From: Minisyncoccota bacterium
GTDB taxonomy: Bacteria > Patescibacteriota > Minisyncoccia > Phycocordibacterales > JAQTLZ01
Direction of reading: 5' to 3'
Assembly (NCBI GenBank): GCA_028711065.1
Contig: JAQTSY010000002.1
Location: 73,779 to 137,778, forward strand
Length of the DNA: 64,000 nt
Below, piece by piece: positions 53,320-63,086 of this stretch (positions are counted from its first letter, which is position 1; every line of letters begins with the position of its first letter). Made by a program: the position numbers and the translations under genes. The notes below the pieces were generated by a model. That model saw nothing but the letters and a program-made list of their open reading frames with translations, was not told the origin of the DNA and did no database searches.

Positions 53320-53412
53320 TTCTCAATTTTAGCACTTTGTTGAAACTTAAAATAGATGGAGGCAGAGTTTTAATTAAAGAAACACTTTTTCAACTCGTAC
53401 TAAAATAACCCC

Positions 53413-53808
53413 ATGCCCCCAGACGAAACCACGACTCCAGAACCTGTTGCCCCCGGCCCCGAAACGCCAGTTTCGGGCGATTCCCCAGAACCCCCAGAAA
53501 CCACCCCTCCCGAAGAATCAAGCCCCCAAGCACCCCCTGAGGCCCCAGAAGCCCCTAGAAGCGACGGTAATTTAGGAGCGGTCATGGACACAGCTCCTAA
53601 AACCGAGCCCTTTCTTTCAAGGGAGCCCGCCACGCTTCCCGAATTCGCGTGGCGGGAAATCGTGCGCGCACGGTGGGTGGGGCAAGCACATACAAAATTG
53701 AGTCTCGGGCTCCTCGGGCATTTTCCGCGACGGGCTTTTTACAATAATGAGCGCCGACCCGAACGAAGAGAAGAAACTTTGGTAGCGAAAGCGACACCAC
53801 GAACATGA
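53413..53808 (+). CDS. Pro/Glu/Thr-rich hypothetical ORF inside a ~60% GC patch (53400-54060); coding status doubtful
   Basis: ORF with a compositional anomaly. Both strands have overlapping ORFs. Confidence 0.2.
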   Translation: MPPDETTTPEPVAPGPETPVSGDSPEPPETTPPEESSPQAPPEAPEAPRSDGNLGAVMDTAPKTEPFLSREPATLPEFAWREIVRARWVGQAHTKLSLGLLGHFPRRAFYNNERRPERREETLVAKATPRT

Positions 53809-53902
53809 AGATGAAAACGAGCAAGGGGGTTGTGCGAGGGTGTGAAAACAACCCGACGCTGGGGGGAGGATTCCTTCCTCCCCCCAAAGGGAGCGTGCAT
53901 GG

Positions 53903-53938
53903 CTGAACGGCTCATATGGTGGAATTGAGCCGTTCAGC
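53903..53938. repeat. conserved hairpin motif CTGAACGGCTCATATGGTGGAATTGAGCCGTTCAGC (perfect 11-bp stem), second copy of 34805-34836
   Basis: See the first copy. Confidence 0.7.
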
Positions 53939-54099
53939 TTCTGCACGCACCAACACATCTAGGCGCGAGTAGCCCTAGCGGAAATGCCCGAGGCGGATGC
54001 CGAGTGGTGAACCCGACGGACAAGTACCACAGAAGGTCAGATATGATAAAATAAGCCCGAGATTCCGAATTGAATTCCGCCTTCCAGTTTTTACTGGAA

Positions 54100-54328
54100 C
54101 CCCACCGGAAAATCCCTTTTCCATTTGAAAAAATCCTGCGCGACTCAATCCAGCAAAGAGAGATTTCTCCGGTGGGGGCAACGCCGAGGTACTCCTCGGC
54201 GTTGGGGCGGAATTCATTGGTGGAGCGTAGTTTGGAGTTTCAAGTCACCACGCACGCGGCGCGTGCGATTAGATGCAGTCATCGGGGTTTTCTGCGAAAT
54301 AGTTTCGAACTTCGTTCAATAAACACCG
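54100..54328. repeat. IR2 copy b (inverted partner of 48337-48565), distal boundary of island 2; flanked by a 14-bp direct repeat ATATGATAAAATAA (54041-54054 and 54338-54351)
   Basis: Direct comparison. Confidence 0.9.
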
Positions 54329-54355
54329 CCGCTGTAAATATGATAAAATAATCTC

Positions 54356-54772
54356 ATGTCCATCCTCAAAGAATTCAAACAATTTTTGCTTCGCGGGAAT
54401 GTTGTTGACCTTGCAGTTGGAGTTGTTGTCGGTGCAGCTTTCGGAACCGTTGTCTCTGCACTGGTGAAAGATATTCTCACTCCGTTCATCTCTGCGATCG
54501 CTAAAGTGCCAGATTTTGCCGGGCTTGCTTTCACGCTGAACGGCAGCAAGTTTCTGTACGGCGATTTCCTGAACGCCCTCATTTCATTTATCCTTGTCGC
54601 CGCTGCAATTTTCTTTTTCATTATCAAACCGATGAACCTACTCATTGCTCGAAGTAAAAAGGGTCCGCCGGCTGACCCGACAACAAAAAAATGCCCGGAA
54701 TGTTTGAGCGAAATTCCACTCGAAGCAAAACGATGTTCGCATTGCACCCAGACGATCGTGCCCGGGCTCTAA
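54356..54772 (+). CDS. mscL: large-conductance mechanosensitive channel MscL (with a C-terminal CxxC...CxxC zinc-ribbon tail)
   Basis: N-terminal MSILKEFKQFLLRGNVVDLAVGVVVGAAF is a classic MscL TM1 match. Confidence 0.85.
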   Translation: MSILKEFKQFLLRGNVVDLAVGVVVGAAFGTVVSALVKDILTPFISAIAKVPDFAGLAFTLNGSKFLYGDFLNALISFILVAAAIFFFIIKPMNLLIARSKKGPPADPTTKKCPECLSEIPLEAKRCSHCTQTIVPGL

Positions 54773-54775
54773 CTC

Positions 54776-55450
54776 TTAATGAGCTAAAGTAAAAGCCAAT
54801 ACTTTTTTTGCTCCTGCTTTCAAAAGAGTTTCTCTCGCTTCAAAGAGCGTCGCGCCCGTGGTTGTGACATCGTCAATCAGAAAACATGTTGCCCCTCGTA
54901 TGTTCTCGCTTTCATCGATGCCAAACGCACCCTTGAGATTTTCTAGACGTTTCTGTCTATTTCGAATCGACACTTGAGTTTTCGTTTCCTTTCTTTTTTG
55001 AAGCAACGATGTGTTTATCGAGAATATTTTTTCTTGGTCGAGTTTTTTTACAGCATCTGCCAAAAGATATGTCTGATTGAACCCTTTTTCTCTGAAGCGT
55101 TTCCGAGAAGAGGGGATGGGGATAATCACAATGGACATTTGCCCGCTCTCACTTTCGCCCACTCTTTTTTTGAGCATTTCTTTATACAGACACGTACCTA
55201 AAACAGACGCGATTCTTTTATTTCCTCGATATTTAAGCTCCCAGATTGCTCTACGGACCATAGGATCTCTATATGAAAAAAGAGTATTGATAAAGGCAGG
55301 CTGATTTTCAGGATGAGAAGATTTTGTAGCTCGCGAGGCGAATACTTCAGGCTCCATAGTCTCAATATCTCCTGCAGGAAGGACAAAATCAATGCAACGA
55401 AAGAAGATTTGTTTCCAAAAGTCCACAACGTTATTCATGATTTCGTGCAT
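54776..55450 (-). CDS. comF: ComF-family phosphoribosyltransferase-domain protein
   Basis: C-terminal PRTase motif FLIDDVTTTGATL. It is adjacent to the type IV pilus genes. Confidence 0.75.
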   Translation of the reverse strand: MHEIMNNVVDFWKQIFFRCIDFVLPAGDIETMEPEVFASRATKSSHPENQPAFINTLFSYRDPMVRRAIWELKYRGNKRIASVLGTCLYKEMLKKRVGESESGQMSIVIIPIPSSRKRFREKGFNQTYLLADAVKKLDQEKIFSINTSLLQKRKETKTQVSIRNRQKRLENLKGAFGIDESENIRGATCFLIDDVTTTGATLFEARETLLKAGAKKVLAFTLAH

Positions 55451-55537
55451 ATGGGTAAGGGCTTTTCTGTGAAAAGGGTATGATATACTAATTGTAACCT
55501 TTTTCGCTAAAAATGTTTTTTCGATAGTACAGAGCGT

Positions 55538-56671
55538 ATGGACAATCCTTTTAAAAAAATCTTTCAGGGAATGTTAAAACCATCGAATCCAAGCGTTCTT
55601 GGTATTGATGTCGGTTCTTCTTCAATCAAAGTTGTACAACTTAAAAAGAAAGGAGGAAAAGCGATTCTGGAAACCTACGGAGAGCTGGCCCTCGGTCCGT
55701 ATTCTGGGCTCGAGATGGGAAGAGCCACCAATTTACCGACTGATAGGTTGAGCGAAGCTCTCAAGGATTTGCTGCGCGAGTCAAAAACAAGCACCAAGCA
55801 GTGCGGAGTCGCAATCCCTATCGGCTCAAGTATGGTGACGATGATCGAACTTCCGAAAGTTTCCGAGAAAGAGCTCGCACAAATGATCCCGCTTGAAGCT
55901 CGAAAATATATTCCCGTCCCAATTTCAGAAGTTTCTCTCGACTGGTGGGTGATTCCTGAAGAGCCGATGGAAACATCTGAACAAAGCGAAGCACAAACGC
56001 CCGAACCTGTTTTGGGAAGAGTAGAAAAAGTGCAGGTGCTTATCGTGGCAATTCATAATGAGGTCATCAGCCGTTACCAAGATATAATCGCCAAAAGCGG
56101 AATTGAAGCAAGCTTCATCGAGATAGAGATTTTTAGCACCATACGAGCATTAATTGATAAAAGTCCGGGAGCAGTTATGATCATCGATCTCGGTGCTGGT
56201 TCGACGAAGCTCTATATTGTTGATCGAGGAATTGTCCGTAATTCGCACACCATCAACCGTGGTTCGCAAGATATCACAATCGCGCTTTCATCTTCGCTTG
56301 GTGTAAGTATTCCAGAAGCGGAAAATATTAAACGAAGTTTTGGGGCGGTGCAGAGGACCGATGAGAAAGCGGTTGTCGACACTATTTCTCTCACCACAGA
56401 CTTTATTTTTTCGGAAGCAAATCGCGTGCTTCAAAATTATCAGAAAAAATATAACAAAAATATAAGCAAAATAGTGCTTGCAGGAGGGGGCCTGGGCTAC
56501 AAGGGTCTTTTGGAATTAGCGAAACACTCTTTTGAAGTCGAAGTAATACTCGGAGAACCTTTCTCGAAGGTGGAATTTCCCGCTTTTCTTGAACCAACGC
56601 TTCGTATGACCGGATCAGAGTTTTCAGTGGCTATCGGGGTGGCCCTTCGCCGTCTCCAAGAGCTCCCATAA
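55538..56671 (+). CDS. pilM: type IV pilus assembly protein PilM (actin-like ATPase fold)
   Basis: 377 aa with an N-terminal GIDVGSSSIKVVQL and gene context. Confidence 0.8.
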   Translation: MDNPFKKIFQGMLKPSNPSVLGIDVGSSSIKVVQLKKKGGKAILETYGELALGPYSGLEMGRATNLPTDRLSEALKDLLRESKTSTKQCGVAIPIGSSMVTMIELPKVSEKELAQMIPLEARKYIPVPISEVSLDWWVIPEEPMETSEQSEAQTPEPVLGRVEKVQVLIVAIHNEVISRYQDIIAKSGIEASFIEIEIFSTIRALIDKSPGAVMIIDLGAGSTKLYIVDRGIVRNSHTINRGSQDITIALSSSLGVSIPEAENIKRSFGAVQRTDEKAVVDTISLTTDFIFSEANRVLQNYQKKYNKNISKIVLAGGGLGYKGLLELAKHSFEVEVILGEPFSKVEFPAFLEPTLRMTGSEFSVAIGVALRRLQELP

Positions 56672-56750
56672 TCTCGCTTTCTTAAAGTTATTCACAGACC
56701 CCCTCTCTTTTCCGTAGTAAAAAGAGAGTACACATACTATAATAGAGAAG

Positions 56751-57419
56751 ATGGATCCCAAGCTCCAAACATCTTTCATACCAAAAAAAGCTCTCACTGA
56801 CGGTGATAAAGTATCCGGTGGCATCAATCTCGTATCTCTTATCACCGCTCTTATTTTTATTATCACTCTCGCTACAGCCGGAGGTCTTTATGTCTATTCT
56901 GGAGTTATTGATAAACAGGTTACGAAAGAAACGCAGACTCTCAAACAAAACGAAGACGCACTTGAATTGCCGACGCTCGAACAGTATATCCGCCTCGATG
57001 ATAGAATTGAGGCTGCAAAGCAAATTCTCCACAACCACATCGCAGTGACCCCGATCTTTGATACGCTGCAGAAAACAGTTTTGAAATCGATACAATTTTC
57101 CGATCTGACTCTTACTTTTGGCGGTCCTGATAAAATTAGTCTTGCTATGAAAGGACAGACATTGAACTATGGTTCCATTGCATATCAATCAGATATTATT
57201 TCAAAGGATGAGGGGGGACTTCTCAAGAATCCTATTTTTTCTGATTTGAATCTCGATGCGAGCGGAAATGTCACGTTCAGTTTCGCTGCCACACTTGATC
57301 CCTCACTCATTCTTTACGAAAGAAATCTCAATACCGGACTTCCAGATAGCACTTCGGATGCGACTGGCGATGCAACAGGAACTCCAGCAGAAGACGCAAG
57401 CAGTACTTCATCACAATAA
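56751..57419 (+). CDS. pilN: PilN-like bitopic pilus assembly protein
   Basis: Single N-terminal TM plus coiled coil, following pilM. Confidence 0.55.
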   Translation: MDPKLQTSFIPKKALTDGDKVSGGINLVSLITALIFIITLATAGGLYVYSGVIDKQVTKETQTLKQNEDALELPTLEQYIRLDDRIEAAKQILHNHIAVTPIFDTLQKTVLKSIQFSDLTLTFGGPDKISLAMKGQTLNYGSIAYQSDIISKDEGGLLKNPIFSDLNLDASGNVTFSFAATLDPSLILYERNLNTGLPDSTSDATGDATGTPAEDASSTSSQ

Positions 57420-57424
57420 TTATC

Positions 57425-57976
57425 ATGTTTAAGACTCTCACACCCATTATTCTCCTCATAGCTTCCATTGGACTCTTTTTTGGATTTATTGATCCGCAAT
57501 ATAAACAGATCCAAGCAAAGCGCGCTAAACTTGCGCAGTATGATGAGGCCCTCGGCAAATCGAAAGATCTTACTAACAGAAGAATTGAGCTCTCTGAAAA
57601 ATATAAGTCTATTACTGATGACGACAGAGTTCGCTTAAGTAAAATGTTGCCGAACGCTGTTGATAATGTTCGTCTTATTCTCGATATTGATTCGATCGCA
57701 AAACTTCATGGTATGAAAATTCGGAACACCAAGATCGACCAGGGACCCTCTCTTGATGAGAAAAATAATCCTCTTATCGTCGATGAGAGGAAATATGGTT
57801 CCATAGGACTCGGTTTTTCAGTGACGTCTTCCTATAGTAATTTCATTAATTTCTTGGACGATCTAGAACATAGTCTTCGTATTACCGATATTGTCAGCTT
57901 GAGCCTTCGGCCACAAAAAGTGGGGGTATATGATTTTGCCATTGACCTGAAAACCTATTGGTTAAAAGCAAAATAA
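57425..57976 (+). CDS. pilO: PilO-like bitopic pilus assembly protein
   Basis: Single N-terminal TM, with position in the cluster. Confidence 0.5.
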   Translation: MFKTLTPIILLIASIGLFFGFIDPQYKQIQAKRAKLAQYDEALGKSKDLTNRRIELSEKYKSITDDDRVRLSKMLPNAVDNVRLILDIDSIAKLHGMKIRNTKIDQGPSLDEKNNPLIVDERKYGSIGLGFSVTSSYSNFINFLDDLEHSLRITDIVSLSLRPQKVGVYDFAIDLKTYWLKAK

Positions 57977-58344
57977 TTCAGACACATTATTTTATGAAAA
58001 CTATCATTATTATCATCATACTCGCGGGGGTCCTCTTTCTTGGATATTGGTATTACAGAAGCCCTGGAACTCCTTCGGGTGCTCTTTTGGTCCAGACGAC
58101 TGGAACGGGCACAGATGATCAGGGTCTTGTAATTGGTCAGAAAACCATAGCTCTTCTCCAGGAGCTTCAGAAGGTGAATATAGACAATAGTATTTTTTCG
58201 ACAACAGCTTTCCAAAGTCTTCAGGATTTCGGTGTTGAAATACAGGCAGAGCCTGTAGGCAGACCCGATCCTTTTGCTCCCGTTGGATATGAGGGTGGAA
58301 CTGTTGTCACTTTTGGGACAACTACTTCCGATTTTGGAAGGTAA
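57958..58344 (+). CDS. small bitopic protein (PilP-like?) of the pilus cluster
   Basis: N-terminal TM, with position between pilO and pilB. Confidence 0.4.
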   Translation: MVKSKIIQTHYFMKTIIIIIILAGVLFLGYWYYRSPGTPSGALLVQTTGTGTDDQGLVIGQKTIALLQELQKVNIDNSIFSTTAFQSLQDFGVEIQAEPVGRPDPFAPVGYEGGTVVTFGTTTSDFGR

Positions 58345-58365
58345 TCCTTTTCGGGGGAACGCTGT

Positions 58366-60114
58366 TTGAACCATATTATGACTCTGCTCGAAGCGCTCGC
58401 GCGTAAAAATCTCATATTAGAAAGTGATATTCCCGGCATAGAAGCGGAGATGGCTTCTTCTGGCGAGTCACTTGCACAAGTTCTGGAAAAAAGAGGTATC
58501 AGTCCCGCGGAACTTATAAAAACCGGACGAGAAGCTGTTGATATTCCCGAAAGACATTTGGGAAGTACCAGGATTCCATACGATACTCTGAAATATATTC
58601 CGGAAGAGTCCGCAGTGCATTATAAATTTGCTCCGCTCGGGGTAACTGATGGCGTGCTCGAAGTTGGGCTTGTCGATCCAGAAGACATGGAGGCTCGGGA
58701 TGCGTTGAATTTCATCTCTTCGAAACTCGGGATGCCTTTCAAGATTTTTTCAATTTCAGAGGGTGATTTTAAAAAGATCGTTGATACCTATAAAGGCCTT
58801 TCGGGAGAGGTAACCAAGGCGCTGACCGATCTCCAATCTGATGTTGCGGGGGACATGGGAGATAATATCGAAATATCCCGCTACAACGAAGATGGGGAGG
58901 AAGATATTTCCAAAGGCAAAGACGCTAAAATTGTTGAAGATGCTCCTGTTACTAAAATTGTCGCGACTATTCTCCGCTATGCAATCGAAGGGAATGCCTC
59001 TGATGTCCACATTGAACCAATGCGCGATAATGTACGAGTACGATTTCGAGTAGACGGAGTCTTGAATACAAGTCTCATATTGCCGATTAATATCGAATCG
59101 TCTGTCGCGGCACGCATCAAAGTGCTTTCAAATATGAAGCTTGATGAGAGGCGCAAACCTCAAGACGGCCGCTTTTCCGCCAAAATTGACGGAAGAAAAA
59201 TCGATTTCCGTGTCTCGACATTTCCAACTTACTTCGGTGAGAAAGTGGTGATGCGAATTCTTGATCAGGAAAAAGGCGTCAAGAAGCTCGATGAGATGGG
59301 GCTTAGTCCTCGCAACCTCGCGCTTTTGAAAGATGCCATTACTCGGCCATACGGACTCATTCTCATTTCTGGTCCGACTGGTTCCGGAAAGACGACCACG
59401 CTTTACTCAATGCTTAATGAAATTGATCGTGAGGCGAACAACGTGCTTTCTCTTGAAGATCCAATTGAATACAATGTGCCAGGCATGAGTCAGTCTCAAG
59501 TCCGTCCGGAAATCGGATATACGTTCGCGAACGGACTGCGCACCACCCTTCGTCAGGACCCCGATGTTATCATGGTCGGTGAAATTCGAGATAAGGAAAC
59601 CGCAAAGCTTGCTGTGCAGGCGGCGCTTACCGGACACCTCGTGCTCTCGACCATTCACACCAACAATGCCGCGGGAGTGATTCCTCGACTTGTAGACATG
59701 GGTGTTGACCCATATCTTATTGCCCCAACTCTCATTCTTGCCGTCGCCCAAAGACTTGTTGTGAGAATATGCCCCGGTTCCGGGAAACCGATTCCGATCG
59801 AGGGAAGCTTGAAGGCTATGATCGACAGCGCATTTGCCGATCTCCCTGAAAAGTTTAGGAAGGAAATACCGATTCCGGATCATATACTTGGAATCGCTCC
59901 CACTCCTGAATGTCCAAGCGGTACTCGCGGAAGAGTCGCTGTCTTCGAAGTGCTTAAAATGGATAAGGATTTGGACAGCATCCTTCTGAAAGATCCGACA
60001 GAGACTGAAATTACAAAGGTGGCGCGGCAACAGGGAATGCTTACGATGAAAGAAGACGGGCTCGTAAAGGCATTTAATGGCGATATTCCATTCGAAGAGG
60101 TCAATAAGCTCTAG
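58366..60114 (+). CDS. pilB: type IV pilus assembly ATPase PilB (GspE family)
   Basis: Walker A GPTGSGKTTT, Asp box, Walker B, His box, and a tetra-Cys motif. Confidence 0.93.
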   Translation: MNHIMTLLEALARKNLILESDIPGIEAEMASSGESLAQVLEKRGISPAELIKTGREAVDIPERHLGSTRIPYDTLKYIPEESAVHYKFAPLGVTDGVLEVGLVDPEDMEARDALNFISSKLGMPFKIFSISEGDFKKIVDTYKGLSGEVTKALTDLQSDVAGDMGDNIEISRYNEDGEEDISKGKDAKIVEDAPVTKIVATILRYAIEGNASDVHIEPMRDNVRVRFRVDGVLNTSLILPINIESSVAARIKVLSNMKLDERRKPQDGRFSAKIDGRKIDFRVSTFPTYFGEKVVMRILDQEKGVKKLDEMGLSPRNLALLKDAITRPYGLILISGPTGSGKTTTLYSMLNEIDREANNVLSLEDPIEYNVPGMSQSQVRPEIGYTFANGLRTTLRQDPDVIMVGEIRDKETAKLAVQAALTGHLVLSTIHTNNAAGVIPRLVDMGVDPYLIAPTLILAVAQRLVVRICPGSGKPIPIEGSLKAMIDSAFADLPEKFRKEIPIPDHILGIAPTPECPSGTRGRVAVFEVLKMDKDLDSILLKDPTETEITKVARQQGMLTMKEDGLVKAFNGDIPFEEVNKL

Positions 60115-60195
60115 GAAGCTTAATTCACAGTGGATAAAGTTTCTTCCCGGGTCTTGTTTGGTATATAATAGAGGAGATTAGTTGCACGAACTTAT

Positions 60196-60591
60196 ATGGA
60201 TAAAGATAAAACATACAGATTACTTATAGTAGACGACGACAAATTTCTTCTGGATATGCATTGTATGAAATTCAAGAAGGGGAATTTCGATGTGCACGGA
60301 GCTTCGAGCGGCGCTGATGCTCTCACGACTCTTCGGGGGGGTTTTGTACCAGATATTCTTATTTTGGATCTTGTTATGCCGACAATGAGCGGGTTCCAGC
60401 TTCTCGAGACCATCAAGGCAGAGCATATCGCGGATAAAGCGGTTGTAGTTGTTCTTACCAATCAGGGCCAATCTCCAGATATCGAGAAAGCGAAAAAGAT
60501 GGGAGTAGACGGATACATTGTAAAAGCTTCGACAATTCCGTCGGAGGTGGTAGAGCAAGTGATAAAGATTTTTGGCGAAAAGAAAAAATAA
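60196..60591 (+). CDS. single-domain response regulator (CheY/PilH-like)
   Basis: DD...D phospho-acceptor pattern (LLIVDDDKF...ILDLVMP), T and K residues. Confidence 0.8.
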   Translation: MDKDKTYRLLIVDDDKFLLDMHCMKFKKGNFDVHGASSGADALTTLRGGFVPDILILDLVMPTMSGFQLLETIKAEHIADKAVVVVLTNQGQSPDIEKAKKMGVDGYIVKASTIPSEVVEQVIKIFGEKKK

Positions 60592-60593
60592 AA

Positions 60594-61655
60594 ATGGATT
60601 ATAAAAAAGAACTTGAAGAGCTGATTGAAATTGTTGTGCGCGAAGGCGGTTCGGACATTCACTTTTCAGAGGGGATGCATCCTACTATTCGAGTTTCTGG
60701 ATTTCTTGTCCCAATCAATAAAAAAGCCGTCCTCACAAAAGGCGATACACTCGGATTTATCACCGAACTTTTGAATCGCGAAAAAAAGGAGCTGTTTCTC
60801 AAAGAGCAGGAGACTGATTTCTCCTATGCATATGGAGACAAGGCGCGTTTTCGAGGCAACGCCTTTTTCCAAAAAGGTTCCATCGGTATCGCCCTTCGTC
60901 TCATTCCCACTGTCATAAAAACTATTCAGGATTTGCATCTTCCTCCTATTCTCGAAACTTTCACAAAAAAACAGCAAGGCTTTTTTCTTGTCGTAGGCCC
61001 TGTCGGTCAAGGAAAGACAACAACTCTTGCGAGTATGGTGGAGATGATCAATAACGACCGCCCCGAGCACATTATTACGATCGAAGATCCGATTGAGTTT
61101 ATCTATGAGCCGAAGAAATGTCTTATCGATCAGCGAGAAGTGCATATTGATACGAAAGATTTCCATATCGCTCTCCAGAGTATTTTCCGTCAGGATATTG
61201 ATGTGCTTATGGTGGGGGAGATGCGAGGGCTTGAAACCATCTCGACTGCAGTGACTGCTGCCGAGACAGGACATCTTGTGCTCTCCACGCTTCACACCAA
61301 TAACGCCGCGCAGACCATTGATCGTATTATTGACTCGTTTCCTCCCGATCAACAAGATCAAATTCGCACGCAACTTTCAGAAAGTATGAGCGGTATTTTC
61401 TCTCAGCGGCTCATCCCTCGCATTTCCGGAGGTCTGATTCCCGCCTACGAGCTACTCGTCAATACAAGCGCGGTTGCCAATCTTATCCGCGAGAAACGTA
61501 CGCACGAAATAAACACCGTCATCGAGACTGGTCTTGAAGAGGGAATGATCGACATGAACCGATGCCTCGCAGACTTGGTTCGTGCAGGAGAGATAAGTGT
61601 GGAGAATGCCTATCTTCGTTCGTTCAATCCTAAGACTCTTCAGAAACTTCTTTAA
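60594..61655 (+). CDS. pilT: twitching motility ATPase PilT
   Basis: Walker A GPVGQGKTTT, 353 aa, PilT-type C-terminus. Confidence 0.9.
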   Translation: MDYKKELEELIEIVVREGGSDIHFSEGMHPTIRVSGFLVPINKKAVLTKGDTLGFITELLNREKKELFLKEQETDFSYAYGDKARFRGNAFFQKGSIGIALRLIPTVIKTIQDLHLPPILETFTKKQQGFFLVVGPVGQGKTTTLASMVEMINNDRPEHIITIEDPIEFIYEPKKCLIDQREVHIDTKDFHIALQSIFRQDIDVLMVGEMRGLETISTAVTAAETGHLVLSTLHTNNAAQTIDRIIDSFPPDQQDQIRTQLSESMSGIFSQRLIPRISGGLIPAYELLVNTSAVANLIREKRTHEINTVIETGLEEGMIDMNRCLADLVRAGEISVENAYLRSFNPKTLQKLL

Positions 61656-61663
61656 TTTTTTCT

Positions 61664-62872
61664 ATGCTTTTTAATTACACCTCAGTAGATAGCAAAGGAC
61701 AATCTATTCCGGGCTCGATTGAGGCGATTAATGTCGACATCGCTGTTAATTCTCTCCAGAGACGCGGGCTTGTTGTCTCTTCAATTACTCCCGCAGACAA
61801 GCCGCAAGGATTTCTGAAGAAGAATATTTCTTTCTTTGATCGAGTCTCAAACGGAGAAGTCGTTATTCTGGCGCGCCAAATCTCGACTCTGTTTGAAGCT
61901 CAAGTTTCCGCTCTTCGAGTTTTTCAACTTCTCGGTGAACAGCAGGAGAATCCACTTCTGAAAAAAACGCTTTCAGAAATTTCAGCCGATCTGCAGGGGG
62001 GTTCCTCTATTTCGAAAGCCCTGGCAAAGTTTCCCAAGATCTTTTCAGACTTTTTCGTCAACATGGTGGTGTCGGGGGAAGAGTCGGGGAGACTCGATGA
62101 GACATTTAGATTTCTTGCCGATTATTTGGATCGCTCCTATGCGGTTACGATGAAAGTGCGAAATGCTCTTATCTATCCGGCCTTTATAATCATCACGTTC
62201 TTTGTGGTGATGATTCTTATGTTCACATTGGTTATTCCGCGTATTAGCGCCATTCTTATTGATTCTGGGCAAAGTATTCCTTTTATCACGCAGGTCATCA
62301 TCACCATTAGCGGTTTCTTTGTGAATTATGGAGTATTTCTTTTTATTCTTGTTGTTATCGGCGGTATTTTCCTTTTTCGATTTTTCCGGACAGATGCGGG
62401 GAGTGCCTCTCTCTCTCGTTTCAAGATTTCAATACCGTATATTGGCATGCTCTACAAGAAATTGTACCTCTCGAGAATTGCCGACAACTTAAATACCATG
62501 ATTCTCTCCGGTATCCCGATGCTTCGGGTTCTCGAGATCACAACGTCTGTTGTGGGCAATAAAATCTATGAAGATATTTTGAAGCGTTCAGCTGAAGCGG
62601 TGAAAGCTGGTAGTGCGCTCTCTGACGCATTGGGGCGCAATCCTGAAATTCCAGGGATTATGATGCAAATGATTAAAGTTGGAGAGGAAACTGGAGAGCT
62701 CGGGAACATTATGAAAACCCTCGCTAAGTTCTATCAAAGAGAGGTGGAGACTACCGTTGATACTCTGGTGAGTCTCATCGAACCAGCAATGATCGTGGTT
62801 TTGGGTACCGGTATCGGCTTTCTCCTTGTTGCGGTACTTCTTCCAATTTACAACCTTTCTTCAGCCTTTTAG
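61664..62872 (+). CDS. pilC: type IV pilus inner-membrane platform protein PilC (two T2SS-F domains)
   Basis: 402 aa matching GspF/PilC. Confidence 0.9.
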   Translation: MLFNYTSVDSKGQSIPGSIEAINVDIAVNSLQRRGLVVSSITPADKPQGFLKKNISFFDRVSNGEVVILARQISTLFEAQVSALRVFQLLGEQQENPLLKKTLSEISADLQGGSSISKALAKFPKIFSDFFVNMVVSGEESGRLDETFRFLADYLDRSYAVTMKVRNALIYPAFIIITFFVVMILMFTLVIPRISAILIDSGQSIPFITQVIITISGFFVNYGVFLFILVVIGGIFLFRFFRTDAGSASLSRFKISIPYIGMLYKKLYLSRIADNLNTMILSGIPMLRVLEITTSVVGNKIYEDILKRSAEAVKAGSALSDALGRNPEIPGIMMQMIKVGEETGELGNIMKTLAKFYQREVETTVDTLVSLIEPAMIVVLGTGIGFLLVAVLLPIYNLSSAF

Positions 62873-63086
62873 GCCCATTTCAGAGTGATCTTCCCGTTCC
62901 GTTGAGGTTATCCACACATCCTTTTTGTCCTTTGGGGGGTTGTTGTATAATAAGAGCACCGTTATACATGGTTTTCTTAGGGCGATACCTAAGGAATAAA
63001 TGAGGTCGTCCGAGTCGCATTTTGTGCGAACCCGGTAAAACCAATTAGAGTAAAATTATTAACCATTTATTAGTAACAATTAAAGT

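Noticed and set aside
62873-63086. Putative promoter TTGTCC...TATAAT upstream of pilA
   Set aside because: The spacer length is suboptimal and there is no supporting conservation. It is not reported as a feature.
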